Below, piece after piece: positions 24,571 through 36,197 of a stretch of 64,000 nucleotides of DNA. Under the pieces are notes generated by a model, which had not been told where the DNA came from, ran no database searches, and worked only from the letters and a program-made list of their open reading frames with translations. The stretch is from Eledone cirrhosa (Eukaryota), in assembly GCA_964016885.1 (NCBI GenBank), contig OZ024765.1, positions 11,470,001 to 11,534,000 of the forward strand, in the 5' to 3' direction. Made by a program: the position numbers and the translations under genes. Position 1 is the stretch's first letter. Every line of letters begins with the position of its first letter.

Positions 24571-25452
24571 ACAGTAAAACCAGGAAAGCCAGCCATAATT
24601 ATCTTTCGTTTAAGAAACTCTGCTGCATTCCTTTGATTTTGTTCCAGCTGAGTGGTTAGCTATGGGAAGTAGGAAGATATAACATGGCTGACTGTAAATA
24701 ACAGAGGAGGGGGGCAAGTGGATGTGGGGATGAATGTGGTGGTGGTGGGTGGGTGGGTGGGGGGGTTAAGAGTAAGTGGGGGTAAGAGGGTGTGCATTGG
24801 GGGTGGGTTGTGGTTAGCTATGGGAAGTAGGAAGATATAACATGGCTGACAAATGTAAATAACATGGAAGAGGGAGCAAGAGAGGGGAGTGAAGGAGGTG
24901 GGGGGAGGGTGGTGGAAGCCGAGGTGGGGGGGGGGAGTGGTTAGTTATGGGCGGTAGGAAGATATAACATGGCTGAGAACTGTAAAATAACATGGGAGCG
25001 GGGTGGGGGTGCAAGAGGGGGTGATGAGTGAGGGGGGAGGGGGGAGGTAGGACAGGAGGCGGCTGTGTGGGGGAGGGTTGTTTCACTTTGGAGGTGGATA
25101 TTACACCTGCTTCACTTTGGACATGAATATTACACCTGCTTCACTTTGGATGTGAATATTACACCTGCTTCACTTTGGAGGTGAAATTTGTTTTTCCTAT
25201 AGTTTTTATAAATTTTGAATGAATATGGCCTTCAAAATGATTGCAAATTAGTACAAAATCATTACATAATGGAGTTGTGATAGAAAAACTATAATCTAAA
25301 GGACACTTCAAACATTTTAAGTATCAAAATATGAAAACTTCATAAATATATTCTTCATTCATGGGGGTTTTAAAACCGTGCTATCTAAAAATAATGTGTT
25401 GATTACCCGTTTCGGATTATATTTGGAGCAGCTTATATTTGAGTATATAGAG

Positions 25453-26576
25453 CAGGGGTGTGCAACATATTCCATTGGCGGGCCAGTTTTGAACATTGGA
25501 TTCACCAAACTTCTTTCCATAACATGGAACTGGGAAATTATAACACACAACCCTATCAGTGAAGCCCTTTAGTATAGGTCAACTGGGGAAATTATAACAC
25601 ACATAACCCTATCAGTGAAGCCCTTTAGTATAGGTCAACTGGGAAATTATAACACATAACCCTATCAGTGAAGCCCTTTAGTATAGGTCAACTGGGAAAT
25701 TATAACACACATAACCCTATCAGTGAAGCCCTTTAGTATAGGTCAACTGGGAAATTATAACACACATAACCCTATCAGTGAAACCCTTTAGTATAGGTCA
25801 ACTGGGAAATTATAACACACATAACCCTATCAGTGAAGCCCTTTAGTATAGGTCAACTGGGAAATTATAACACACATAACCCTATCAGTGAAGCCCTTTA
25901 GTATAGGTCAACTGGGAAATTATAACACATATAACCCTATCAGTGAAGCCCTTTAGTATAGGTTAACTGGGGAAATTATAACACATATAACCCTATCAGG
26001 GAAGCCCTTTAGTATAGGTCAACTGGGAAATTATAACACACATAACCCTATCAGTGAAGCCCTTTAGTATAGGACAACTGGGAAATTATAACATATAACC
26101 CTATCAGTGAAGCCCTTTAGTATAGGTCAACTGGGAAATTATAACACATATAACCCTATCAGTGAAGCCCTTTAGTATAGGTCAACTGGGAAATTATAAC
26201 ACATATAACCCTATCAGTGAAGCCCTTTAGTATAGGTTAACTGGGGAAATTATAACACATATAACCCTAACTGGGGAAATTATAACACATATAACCCTAT
26301 CAGTGAAGCCCTTTAGTATAGGTTAACTGGGGAAATTATAACACATATAACCCTATCAGTGAAGCCCTTTAGTATAGGTCAACTGGGAAATTATAACACA
26401 CATAACCCTATCAGTGAAGCCCTTTAGTATAGGTCAACTAACAGAAAATTGTATTATGGTTACAAAAAACTTCTAAATATGTCTACAAAGTAAAAATTAA
26501 AAACGGTCATCGCATGCCACTCTGACTGGTCTGGTGGGTCGGATATGGTCCGTGGGCCGCTTGTTGCACAACCCTG
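25453..26576. mobile_element. hAT (Charlie/Buster-type) MITE with internal 55-bp x about 16 array (25528-26440)
   Basis: TIRs CAGGGGTGTGCAAC / GTTGCACAACCCTG; 8-bp TSD ATATAGAG / ATTTAGAG with central TA. Confidence 0.88.
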
Positions 26577-26612
26577 ATTTAGAGCATGGATGAACTGAGG
26601 GAGAAACTGAGA

Positions 26613-27019
26613 TTAACACTTTAGCATTTAAATCAACCTTATCCCCTCAGAATTCTCTCACCCCTTTCTGTTCAAACCAGCCATAACTGGTTGCTGATAC
26701 TGATTTCAAGGTATTGCTCTCAAAATAAAGAATATCAAAATCTCATAGATTTGATATTATGTGAGATAATTACTGTATTTCCCAGCATTGAAAGACGCTA
26801 TTTTTTTTCTAGAATAAGTCTCAAAAATCTACCATACGTCCTGGAGGCCGAAGGTTGTTTATTATTTGTTTTCAAATTTTCGGTTGTCAAAATTTGGATG
26901 CATCTTCGAGGATGAAGTGTCTTCGGTGCCGGGAAACACGGTACTCTACAGTCGGTTTGAACAAAAAGAGGTGAGAGAATTCTGGCTGGATACAACCAGT
27001 TTAAATGCTAAAGGTTTAA
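26613..27019. mobile_element. piggyBac-like MITE (relative of 17545-18143) with nested Tc1/mariner MITE
   Basis: TTAA-CACTTTAGCATTTAAA ... TTTAAATGCTAAAGGT-TTAA; long imperfect inverted arms. Confidence 0.8.
26773..26941. mobile_element. Tc1/mariner-type MITE
   Basis: TA-CTGTATTTCCCAGCA ... TGCCGGGAAACACGG-TA. Confidence 0.85.
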
Positions 27020-27301
27020 ACTAAACAGTTTTGTTGTGTAGAACTAGTGGTGGTTACAGGCAGTTTTGTATGGAGCAACATGAAAAGTGTTTTGTTCAAG
27101 AACACAACACACAACTCAGTCCAGGAATCAAACCTATGACATTATCATCATAAGTCCAACACACTTACCACTAGACCAAGCACATTACAAAACTGTTTAC
27201 TTTAATATCTTTATATTTATCTAAAAGAAAAAAAAATCATTCCATTAGAAATTTATGTAAGAACCTTTGTTAAGTTATGTTCCAAAAACCAGCTTAATAA
27301 T

Positions 27302-27492
27302 TGTTTCTGCTATTGGCACAAGGCCAGCAATTACTCAGTACATTACTGGTACTTTATTTTATCAACCCCGTAAGGATAAAAGGCAAAGTTAACCTCGGCG
27401 GGATTTGAACTCAAAATGGCAGGGGCCGTAACTCTATGCGTCAAAGCATGGCGTCTGACCCTCTACCGATACTGCTAATTCACAGTCCTTAC
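27302..27492 (-). mobile_element. Meta-domain-type SINE with 14-bp TSD
   Basis: ACCAGCTTAATAAT at 27288-27301 and 27493-27506; box B GAGTTCAAATCC on the minus strand. Confidence 0.88.
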
Positions 27493-27856
27493 ACCAGCTT
27501 AATAATGAGAAAGTTAGTTATATTATGGCAATGTATTTGTTTTTGTTAGGAAATTAAAACGGATATTGTTATATTTGAATAAGAAAACATTACAGGAATA
27601 CAATGTGAGGAAACATGATAATGACTGATTATGTCACAGATGTGTGACAAAAGAACTCTGAGAAACTATATTTATATTTGAATTTTTTAACTGTTTCTCA
27701 ATCAATGATATTGATTCCAGCTGAATTAGAGCATTTAGCTTACAATCGTAAGGTTGTGTCCTTGAGCAAGATACTTGAAAAATGAAAACTGAAAATTCGA
27801 CTTGGGGACTGTCTGTAAAGAGTGTTGTATTGTCTACAGACCTACACCTTCTAAGG

Positions 27857-28348
27857 CAGCGGTTCTCAACCCTTTTTAGCCAACAGTTCACCTTGGAACA
27901 CATGAAAAAATAGCAGCACACCTGGGTAAATCATCATCATCATCATTTTACGTCCACTTTGCCCTGCTTGCAAGGGTGGGACGGGAACTGATTCTGGCTT
28001 GATTTCTACAGCTGGATGCCCTTCCTAACACCAACCTCATTTACAGTGAGTGCTGGGTGCTTTTTTGTCGTGGCACCTCCACGACCACTTTGCAGTGGAA
28101 TGATAGGGACCCCAGTCCCTATCATCTCATTTCTACAGCTGAGTAAACTGGAGCAATGTGAAATAAAGTGTCTTGCTCAAGGAAACAACACATCACCCGG
28201 TCTGAGAATTGAACTATATATGGAAAATGATATTTTTCATATATATTTATTAACTGTTTCATATATAATATTTTTGTTCTAAGTGTGCCTTTCAAAATTT
28301 GGCAGCACACTTAGGAAGATCTCGCGGCACACAGGTTGAGAGTCAGTG
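27857..28348. mobile_element. hAT-type MITE interrupted by a SINE (27931-28214, minus)
   Basis: CAGCGGTTCTCAACC ... GGTTGAGAGTCAGTG; flanks TTCTAAGG / CTCTAGGG (6/8 match). Confidence 0.7.
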
Positions 28349-28435
28349 CTCTAGGGAATATATACCATTCGAGGGAATGGAATATATAGTCTACACAGTG
28401 TAAATCATGGGTACACAAGAGATGTAGTGGGATAA

Positions 28436-28762
28436 TCATCATCATCATCATTTTTACGTCCGCTTTTCCCTGCTTGCAAGGGTGGGACGGGAACTGATTC
28501 TGGCTTGATGCCCTTTCTAACACCAACCTCATTTACAGTGAGTGCTGGGTGCTTTTTTTGCCGTGGAACCTCCACGACCACTTTGCAGTGGAATGATAGG
28601 GACCCCAGTCCCTATCATCTCATTTCTACAGCTGAGTAAACTGGAGCAATGTGAAATAAAGTGTCTTGCTCAAGGAAACAACACATCACCCAGTCTGAGA
28701 ATTGAACTCACAACCTTTCGATTGCAAGGCCAATGCTCTAACCACTAAGCCATGTGCTTCCA
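28436..28762 (-). mobile_element. Young tRNA-derived SINE
   Basis: Reverse complement of the 4763-5102 family. Confidence 0.9.
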
Positions 28763-29081
28763 ATGGGTTATATAATTTAGTCTCTCCAAATTCTTGACTA
28801 TTTTCAAAACTATTTGGTAACCATTGGCAGTGTCTTTCATTAGAAATATGGTAATGAGAGGTCTAAGGGTCCCTTCAGTTGACTCATGCTTCAGTGAGTC
28901 CCAAATATGATTATTATATATCACTGATTACATTTAATATATATCTGTATTTATATGTGTGTGTGTTGGTGTGTATGTTGGTGTGTGTGTGTGTGTGTAT
29001 GTATATATACATGCACACTAACACACACACACACACACACATGTAAGTATATATATATATATATGCATGCATGCATGTCTA

Positions 29082-29136
<55 letters not shown>

Positions 29137-29141
29137 GCATA

Positions 29142-29174
<33 letters not shown>

Positions 29175-29240
29175 GCATATCTCTCTCTCTCTCTATATAT
29201 ATATATGAATATATGTATATACATATATAGAGACAGAGAT

Positions 29241-29342
29241 TAGGTGTTCCAAAAAAATGTATACACACTTCAACAGCATTCTAATGAATATTGCCCAAAC
29301 AGGTAATCAAAGTATGTATATATTTTTTGGGGACACCCTGTA
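29241..29342. mobile_element. About 100-bp Tc1/mariner-type MITE
   Basis: Ends GGGGACACCCTG-TA; homologue at 60110-60215 begins TA-CAGGGTGTCCCC. Confidence 0.7.
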
Positions 29343-29362
29343 TATACATATATTAGTGTTGA

Positions 29363-29659
29363 TTGTTGGTAGTAGTAGTGATGGTGGTGGTAGTAGTAGA
29401 AGTAGTAGTAGTAGTAGTAGTGGTAGTGGTGGTAGTAGTAGTGGTAGTCGTGGTAGTGGTGGTAGTAGTGGTAGTAGTAGTAGTAGTGATGGTGGTGGTG
29501 GTAATAATAGTGGTGGTGGTAGTAGTAGTAGTAGAAGTAGTAGTAGTAGTAGTAATGGTGGTGGTAGTGGTGGTGGTGGTAGTAGTAGTGGTAGTCGTGG
29601 TAGCAGTGGTCGTGGTAGTAGTAGTAGTGATGGTGGTGGTGGTAATAATAGTGGTGGTG

Positions 29660-29697
<38 letters not shown>

Positions 29698-29704
29698 GTT
29701 AGTT

Positions 29705-29746
<42 letters not shown>

Positions 29747-29748
29747 TG
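29363..29748. repeat. (GTA/GTG)n trinucleotide mosaic
   Basis: Produces the poly-S/G, poly-V and poly-L/P ORFs. Confidence 0.95.
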
Positions 29749-29867
29749 TCAGTGGTGATCAAAGAAAATTGTATATTTACATGGTTGACTGAAGATTGAA
29801 CACTTATGTAAGATTGTAAGGTGTTGCCTAACCTCACCCTAACCCTTAATTATCTCTGTATTATTAT

Positions 29868-29906
<39 letters not shown>

Positions 29907-29992
29907 GTAGGTCCCAGGTTGAGTCGGGGATAACCACAGTAAGTAAGGTACTCAATACATGGCAGAGTAAAATATATTTATTGTATAGAAGG

Positions 29993-30043
29993 AGCTTCTA
30001 CAGGACTAGAACTGTTTCATTCAGATGAAATCTTCAGGAAGCT
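29993..30043 (-). ncRNA. Type I hammerhead ribozyme, family A
   Basis: agcttc-CTGAAGA-t.ttc(atct)gaa.t-GAA-ACAG(ttctagtc)CTGT-A-gaagct; GUA triplet. Confidence 0.8.
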
Positions 30044-30296
30044 GGGTGTCATATTAAGTTCTGGTATTTATACATTTAGGTAGTGGTAAGTGAGGGGTGG
30101 TGGCTGGGGGGGGGGGGGGGGGGGGGGATTTTGGGTAGGTTGGTATTTAGATACAGAGGACCATAACATGGCACACACCGTTTTTTCTTTGGGGAGTGGT
30201 CAATTAGCCGGAGTGCTTTTGTAAAATAGTAGTGGTAGTGGTGGTGGTGGTCCTAAATGTATAAATGTATAAATACCAGAACTTAATATGACACCC

Positions 30297-30347
30297 AGCT
30301 TCCTGAAGATTTCATCTGAATGAAACAGTTCTAGTCCTGTAGAAGCT
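30297..30347 (+). ncRNA. Type I hammerhead ribozyme, family A
   Basis: Exact inverted copy of 29993-30043; predicted cleavage 3' of A30341. Confidence 0.8.
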
Positions 30348-30358
30348 CCTTCTATACA

Positions 30359-30408
<50 letters not shown>

Positions 30409-30689
30409 ATATATATATATATATATAAAGATATATAGATATATATATAAAGATATATATATATATATATAAAGATATATAGATATATATATAAAGATAT
30501 ATATATATATATATAAAGATATATAGATATATATATAAAGATATATATATATATATAAAGATATATGGATATATATATAAAGATATATATATATATATAT
30601 AAAGATATATATATAAAGATATATATATATATATATATAAAGATATAAATGAAGTAATTCAAATATGATGATGATATATCATCATAATA

Positions 30690-31790
30690 ATCATCATCAT
30701 CATCATTTTTATATCCCTTGTTCCACACTTGCATGGGTTAGGTGGGTCTTTTCAGCACAGTATCTCTCTACTTGCTGCATTTCCTTGTCCTCTCATCTGT
30801 GAGTTTCAGAGATTTGAGGTCAGCCCTTACAACCTCTGCCCAGCTCCTTCAAGGTCTACCTCTACTGAGACTTCCTGGCACTTCTTCACCCTTCAATCAT
30901 CATTCATGCACATCACATGTCCATACCAATGCCGTCTTCTCTCCTCTACACCACTTCAGATTCCACTTAAACACAGCTTCTCCCGCAGTGCATCCACATT
31001 TTACCTTCCTCTTACGGTTACATTACACATCTAGTGAAGCATGGCTACTTCATTTCCCACCTTGTCTAAAATCTATGGCAAACTCCCTCGAGCCTCTGCC
31101 CTTCTAAAATCCCGGAGAGCTCAATTTGCTGGCCACTGTCACCATACCAGCAATGAAATCATATCCGCTCTCTTGCTCTGGAACCCTGACTCCAGCCTGA
31201 CTAGGAGTAAGAAGCTGTCATTCCCTGACATTATCTCTAGGGATACGGGAATCAGTAGACAGGACCTGGGGGCGGCGATGGGGGACAGGGAATTCTGGGG
31301 CATGAGAGTCAGATCGATCATCTCGACAGTAGTCGATGAATGATGATGATGATGATGACTTCATTTCTCTCCAGCCTACACACGTCCTCTGCAGTCACAG
31401 CCCATGTTTCACTACCACGCAGCATTGCACTCTGCACACAGGCATCCTACAGTCAACCTACAGTCAACCTTTTTTACTTAGGGAAAAAACCTTTTGTTGT
31501 CAACAGTGAGAGTAGCTCTCTAAACTTCTTCCATCCTATCCTTATTATGCTCTTAGAACACCCTCCTCCACTGCTAATTAACTCCTCTTGATAGCAGAAG
31601 CTATCAATCACATCTATGGATTCTTCCTGTGACTTGAAGAGGTTTATATCACTGCCTCTGTTCCCTTTGATTAACCCTGTGCCTCTTCTACATAAGCCCT
31701 CCATTCCTATTAGTCTACCTATTATCCCTCTACATCTCTTGTGTACCCATGATTTACACTGTGTAGACTATATTACCATTCCCTCGAAAA
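30690..31790 (-). mobile_element. Degenerate RTE LINE 3' portion
   Basis: Minus-strand remnants CKSWVHKRC, RIGWKKFRELLSLL and RRRHWYGHVM; (CAT)n tail at the left end. Confidence 0.75.
31057..31357 (+). mobile_element. RTE-clade LINE 3' end nested in the older RTE, 10-bp TSD
   Basis: Open frame ..RRAQFAGHC..LLLWNP..AMGDREFW..*, (ATG)n tail; ACTTCATTTC at 31047-31056 and 31358-31367. Confidence 0.85.
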
Positions 31791-32418
31791 TCTAGCAGAA
31801 CTTAGAGGATGTCTGCTGAATGAACTGAAATAAAGTATCTTGCTTAAGAACACAACCTCACGATTGTAAGCTGGATGCTCTAATTCAGCTGGAAATTAAT
31901 ATCATTGATTGAGCAACAGCTAAAAAATCTAAATCTAAATATAGTTTCTCAGAGTTCTTTTGTCACACATCTGCGACATCATCAGTCATTATCATGATTC
32001 CTCACATTGTATTCCTGTAATGTTTTCTTAATCAAATATAACAATATCTGTCTCAACACACCATTTCCTAACAAATACCTTGCAAAACAAATACATCAAC
32101 ATAATATAATTAACTTTCTCATTATTAAGCTAGTGTTTGGAACATAACTTAACAAAGGTTCTTACATAAATTTCTAATGGAATTATTTTTTTCTTTTAGA
32201 TAAATATAAAGATATTAAACTAAACAGTTTTGTAATGTGCTTGGTAAGTGTGTTGGACTTCTGATAATCTCATAGGTTACGTTGCAACTCATTTCTACAG
32301 CTGAATGAACAGGAAAAATGTGAAATGAAGTATCTTGCTTAAGAACACAACCTCACGATTATAAGCCGGATGCTAAGCCATGCACCTTCACACACACATA
32401 TATATATATATATAGATA

Positions 32419-32755
32419 TGGAGGCACATGGCTTAGTGGTTAGAGCATTGGCCTTGCAATCGAAAGGTTGTGAGTTCAATTCTCAGACCGGGTGATGTGT
32501 TGTTTCCTTGAGCAAGACACTTTATTTCACATTGCTCCAGTTTACTCAGCTGTAGAAATGAGATGATAGGGACTGGGATCCCTATCATTCCACTGCAAAG
32601 TGGTCGTGGAGGTGCCACGACAAAAAAGCACCCAGCACTCACTGTAAATGAGGTTGGTGTTAGGAAGGGCATCCAGCTGTAGAAATCAAGCCAGCATCAG
32701 TTCCTGTCCCACCCTTGCAAGCAGGGAAAAAGCAGACGTAAAAAAATGAAAATGA
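32419..32755 (+). mobile_element. Young tRNA-derived SINE
   Basis: Gives nearly the same antisense ORF as 4769-5008. Confidence 0.9.
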
Positions 32756-32802
32756 ATATCACAGAAAAAAGAGAATCAGTGTTGCGACGAAAGGAATATA
32801 TT

Positions 32803-32899
32803 GGACATATTTACAATAGTTTCTCGGGCGACCAGCTCGAGGCACAATTGATGTGGTGATCAAACCTGACTCTGATATCACGCAGTCCTCGGATACGCC
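32803..32899 (-). ncRNA. Hammerhead-like motif, family C (CCGAGGA core, long stem II)
   Basis: ggcgtat-CCGAGGA-[about 62 nt]-GAAAC-tatt-GTA-aatatgtcc; stem I pairs with one bulge; base of stem II is poor. Confidence 0.45.
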
Positions 32900-32982
32900 T
32901 CGATTCTACGAAGCAGATTTTGCATCGAGTGCTCATACGGTCTACCGCATACGGACGCTTTAAGCATCCAACACCAATTATA

Positions 32983-33362
32983 TAGATATATTTCTTTATT
33001 AGCCACAGGGGCACAAAAGAAGGGGAAAAATACAAAGGGGGAAGTTTACATACAATAAAAACGTGTAAATGTTATCACAAATGGAATTTAAAAAGTTAGT
33101 CGATTTTCCCCAATAGAGGGAGACAGTTTATATGGGTAACACATACCCCCGAAAAAAATGTGCAACCCTCATCTCCAGGAGTACGAAGAGCTTGTACTCC
33201 TTTCCTCTCCTCCTCCTTTTCCTCAACCTACAGGCTGATATAGAGAGAAGGCCCATTCACTCGGGCCATTCTCGCCACTTTCACCCACCTTTCACAAAAC
33301 TTGCTGGGGTACAGCACCTCTCTCTCCATCCTGATTCTTCTTCCAAAGTGGGATTTGAAATT
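32983..33362 (-). mobile_element. Tx1/L1-like LINE 3' end
   Basis: Minus ORF end FKSHFGRRIRMEREVL..KFCERWVKVARM..* plus 3'UTR with AATAAA; clade assignment is from recalled motif similarity. Confidence 0.6.
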
Positions 33363-33390
33363 ATATAGATAGATAGATAGATAGATAGAT

Positions 33391-33484
<94 letters not shown>

Positions 33485-34276
33485 TAGATATATATAGATA
33501 GATAGATAGATATAGATATATATATATATAGATAGATAGATAGATATAGATATATATATATAGATAGATAGATATACATTTATATATATATATTGAATTC
33601 ACAAATCAAAGCTATGCTCAAAACATTTATCTGCTGACAATTGTTTCTTCCAAACCTAGGCTTGGAGGCTTTGGAGCATTTTTAATGTTTGTACATATAT
33701 AATTTACCTCCTACTCAACGTAAGAGACATACAGATACATATATATATATATATTGATGAACAATGTGGTGTTGATGCGACATATATTATACTATACTAT
33801 ATTTGTACAGTAAATTCAAATTAAGATTAAAATCAAAATTCAAAAACAAGATTAAAAGCATAGGTTGGAATACATGCGACATATAACACAGATAATACAG
33901 GAGAATAGTCTAATAATCAAATTAAATAGATATTATATGCGTGAGTCATATATAGAGGGATGGAACAAGTAAATGTATCATGTATATATGAGTACTGTGT
34001 GGCAAAGCATTACATGAAATACAAGCACTTTAAGCGGGTATGTAAGTGTGTTATGGTGGTTGCAGTGTGAGGATATTTTCTGTATAGTTCAAATTTGTAT
34101 GTGTGCAGAAAAAGGAAGTTATAGTTTTCACATCCATCACTATTTTCACATCTAGAACAAAGCAGTTACAGTTATCATTACAGTTGGTTTATATATATAC
34201 ATATATATACATAATCCAACTGTAATGATTTCTCCCAGTTACCTAAATCCCTATGTGTTCAGTTTTTTCTAGTCAT

Positions 34277-34790
34277 AAGAAAACAGCACAGTTCCCATGA
34301 CTTTCGGAAACATTTTTTCACGCTCAGAGTTGCTGAAGCATGGAACAAACTACCTGCATCAGTTGTTAGCTGTCGAGACACTGCATCCTTTAAAACCTCC
34401 ATGGAACAAACTACCTGCATCAGTTGTTAGCTGTCGAGACACTGCATCCTTTAAAACCTCCATGGAACAAACTACCTGCATCAGTTGTTAGCTGTCGAGA
34501 CACTGCATCCTTTAAAACCTCCATGGAACAAACTACCTGCATCAGTTGTTAGCTGTCGAGACACTGCATCCTTTAAAACCTCCATGGAACAAACTACCTG
34601 CATCAGTTGTTAGCTATCGAGACACTGCATCCTTTAAGGCCTCCATGCTTCCCAAGATCCGCCAACACTACAGCTAACACATACACACATGTACTTCCCT
34701 GACATTTGTGTATTATTCTATGTACTATATTGACGACTTGTAGTGCACCTGAGCACTTTACACAATAATTTCATTATTATTATTATTATA
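34277..34790 (+). mobile_element. CR1-type LINE 3' end with 61-bp x5 array (34339-34647)
   Basis: RKHFFTLRVAEAWNKLPASVV..ASFK motif; CATGGAAC at 34339, 34400, 34461, 34522 and 34583; (ATT)n tail. Confidence 0.85.
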
Positions 34791-35072
34791 TGCTTGGTGG
34801 TCACCAATCAGTCCAGCTCGTTTGTCTACCAACATATCATGAAAAAATTATACATTTTCTATGTAGTTTATCTGAGTAGAACATGTTCTGCTCTATGTTG
34901 TCCATAAACCTTTGCGTCTCCAAAATATGTATAATGAAATAAATAGAGATGATATAAAGTATATATCTTTCGTTTATTACTATTATTATTGTATATATAT
35001 ATATATTTTGCGAGTGTAAACTCGGCCGACAAAAAAGATATATATATATGTATATATATATAAGTATATATA

Positions 35073-35130
35073 TGTCTGATGAAAACGTACTTAAACACCA
35101 TTGTACCTTTGAAATATGTATAATAAAATA
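35073..35130 (+). ncRNA. Hammerhead motif, family B relative, stem I eroded
   Basis: tgt-CTGATGA-aaacgtac..gtaccttt-GAAA-tatgtat-A-ata; stem II differs in sequence from 7550-7614 but still pairs. Confidence 0.55.
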
Positions 35131-35173
35131 TATATTTTGATTATGAGAATATTTTTCATTTATTAACATTTTG

Positions 35174-35247
<74 letters not shown>

Positions 35248-35270
35248 GTATATATATATATGTATATATG

Positions 35271-35307
<37 letters not shown>

Positions 35308-35323
35308 GTATATATATATATGT

Positions 35324-35369
<46 letters not shown>

Positions 35370-35370
35370 G

Positions 35371-35489
<119 letters not shown>

Positions 35490-35528
35490 GTATATATATA
35501 TATGTATATATGTATATATATATATGTA

Positions 35529-35595
<67 letters not shown>

Positions 35596-35904
35596 CCCAT
35601 GCAAGCATGGAAAAGCTGATGTAAAAAATGATGATGATATGTATGTCCTTCGAATGAAACAGTTCTAGTCCTGTAGAAGCCATTTCTATATTAAATATAT
35701 ATATACAACAAAAAAAAAAGGTGTGGTAAGATACCAGGTGGACCAGAACGCACCAGAGTACTCAATACTTAGGATAGTAGAGTGGGTAACAGGAAAAGAG
35801 TCAGGACCCCAACAGCTGAGCTCCGGCCCTTTCAACAACTAGATCCGAACTAAGTCAGAAATTGGGGTCCTGACTCATTTCCTATACTACACACACATAT
35901 ATAT

Positions 35905-35943
<39 letters not shown>

Positions 35944-36026
35944 GTTATTCCGGGTTGAATCGGAGGTAACCACAGTAAGTAAGGTACTCAATACATAGCA
36001 GAGTATAACAGTTTTAATATAGATGA

Positions 36027-36075
36027 GATTCTACAGGACTAGAACTGTTTCATTCATTTGAAATCATCAGGAATC
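36027..36075 (-). ncRNA. Type I hammerhead ribozyme, family A
   Basis: gattc-CTGATGA-t.ttc(aaat)gaa.t-GAA-ACAG(ttctagtc)CTGT-A-gaatc. Confidence 0.8.
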
Positions 36076-36120
36076 CCTGATGATTTCAAATGAATGAAAC
36101 AGTTCTAGTCCTGTAGAATC
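36076..36120 (+). ncRNA. Family A hammerhead copy with stem I 5' strand lost at the inversion junction
   Basis: Core and stems II/III intact; upstream GAATCC pairs with GAATC at only one position. Confidence 0.6.
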
Positions 36121-36133
36121 TCATCTATATTAA

Positions 36134-36176
<43 letters not shown>

Positions 36177-36197
36177 ACACATATATATATATATATA

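Larger units (their letters stand above)
29903..30367. mobile_element. Penelope-like HHR element (family A) in (TA)n with inverted arms
   Basis: Arms about 29972-30080 and 30252-30367 are inverted; the spacer contains a run of more than 20 G; (TA)n on both sides. Confidence 0.75.
35941..36137. mobile_element. Family A HHR element folded back as a hairpin with about 62-bp arms
   Basis: 36010-36071 and 36076-36137 are inverted; 35941-36010 is homologous to 29903-29975. Confidence 0.8.
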
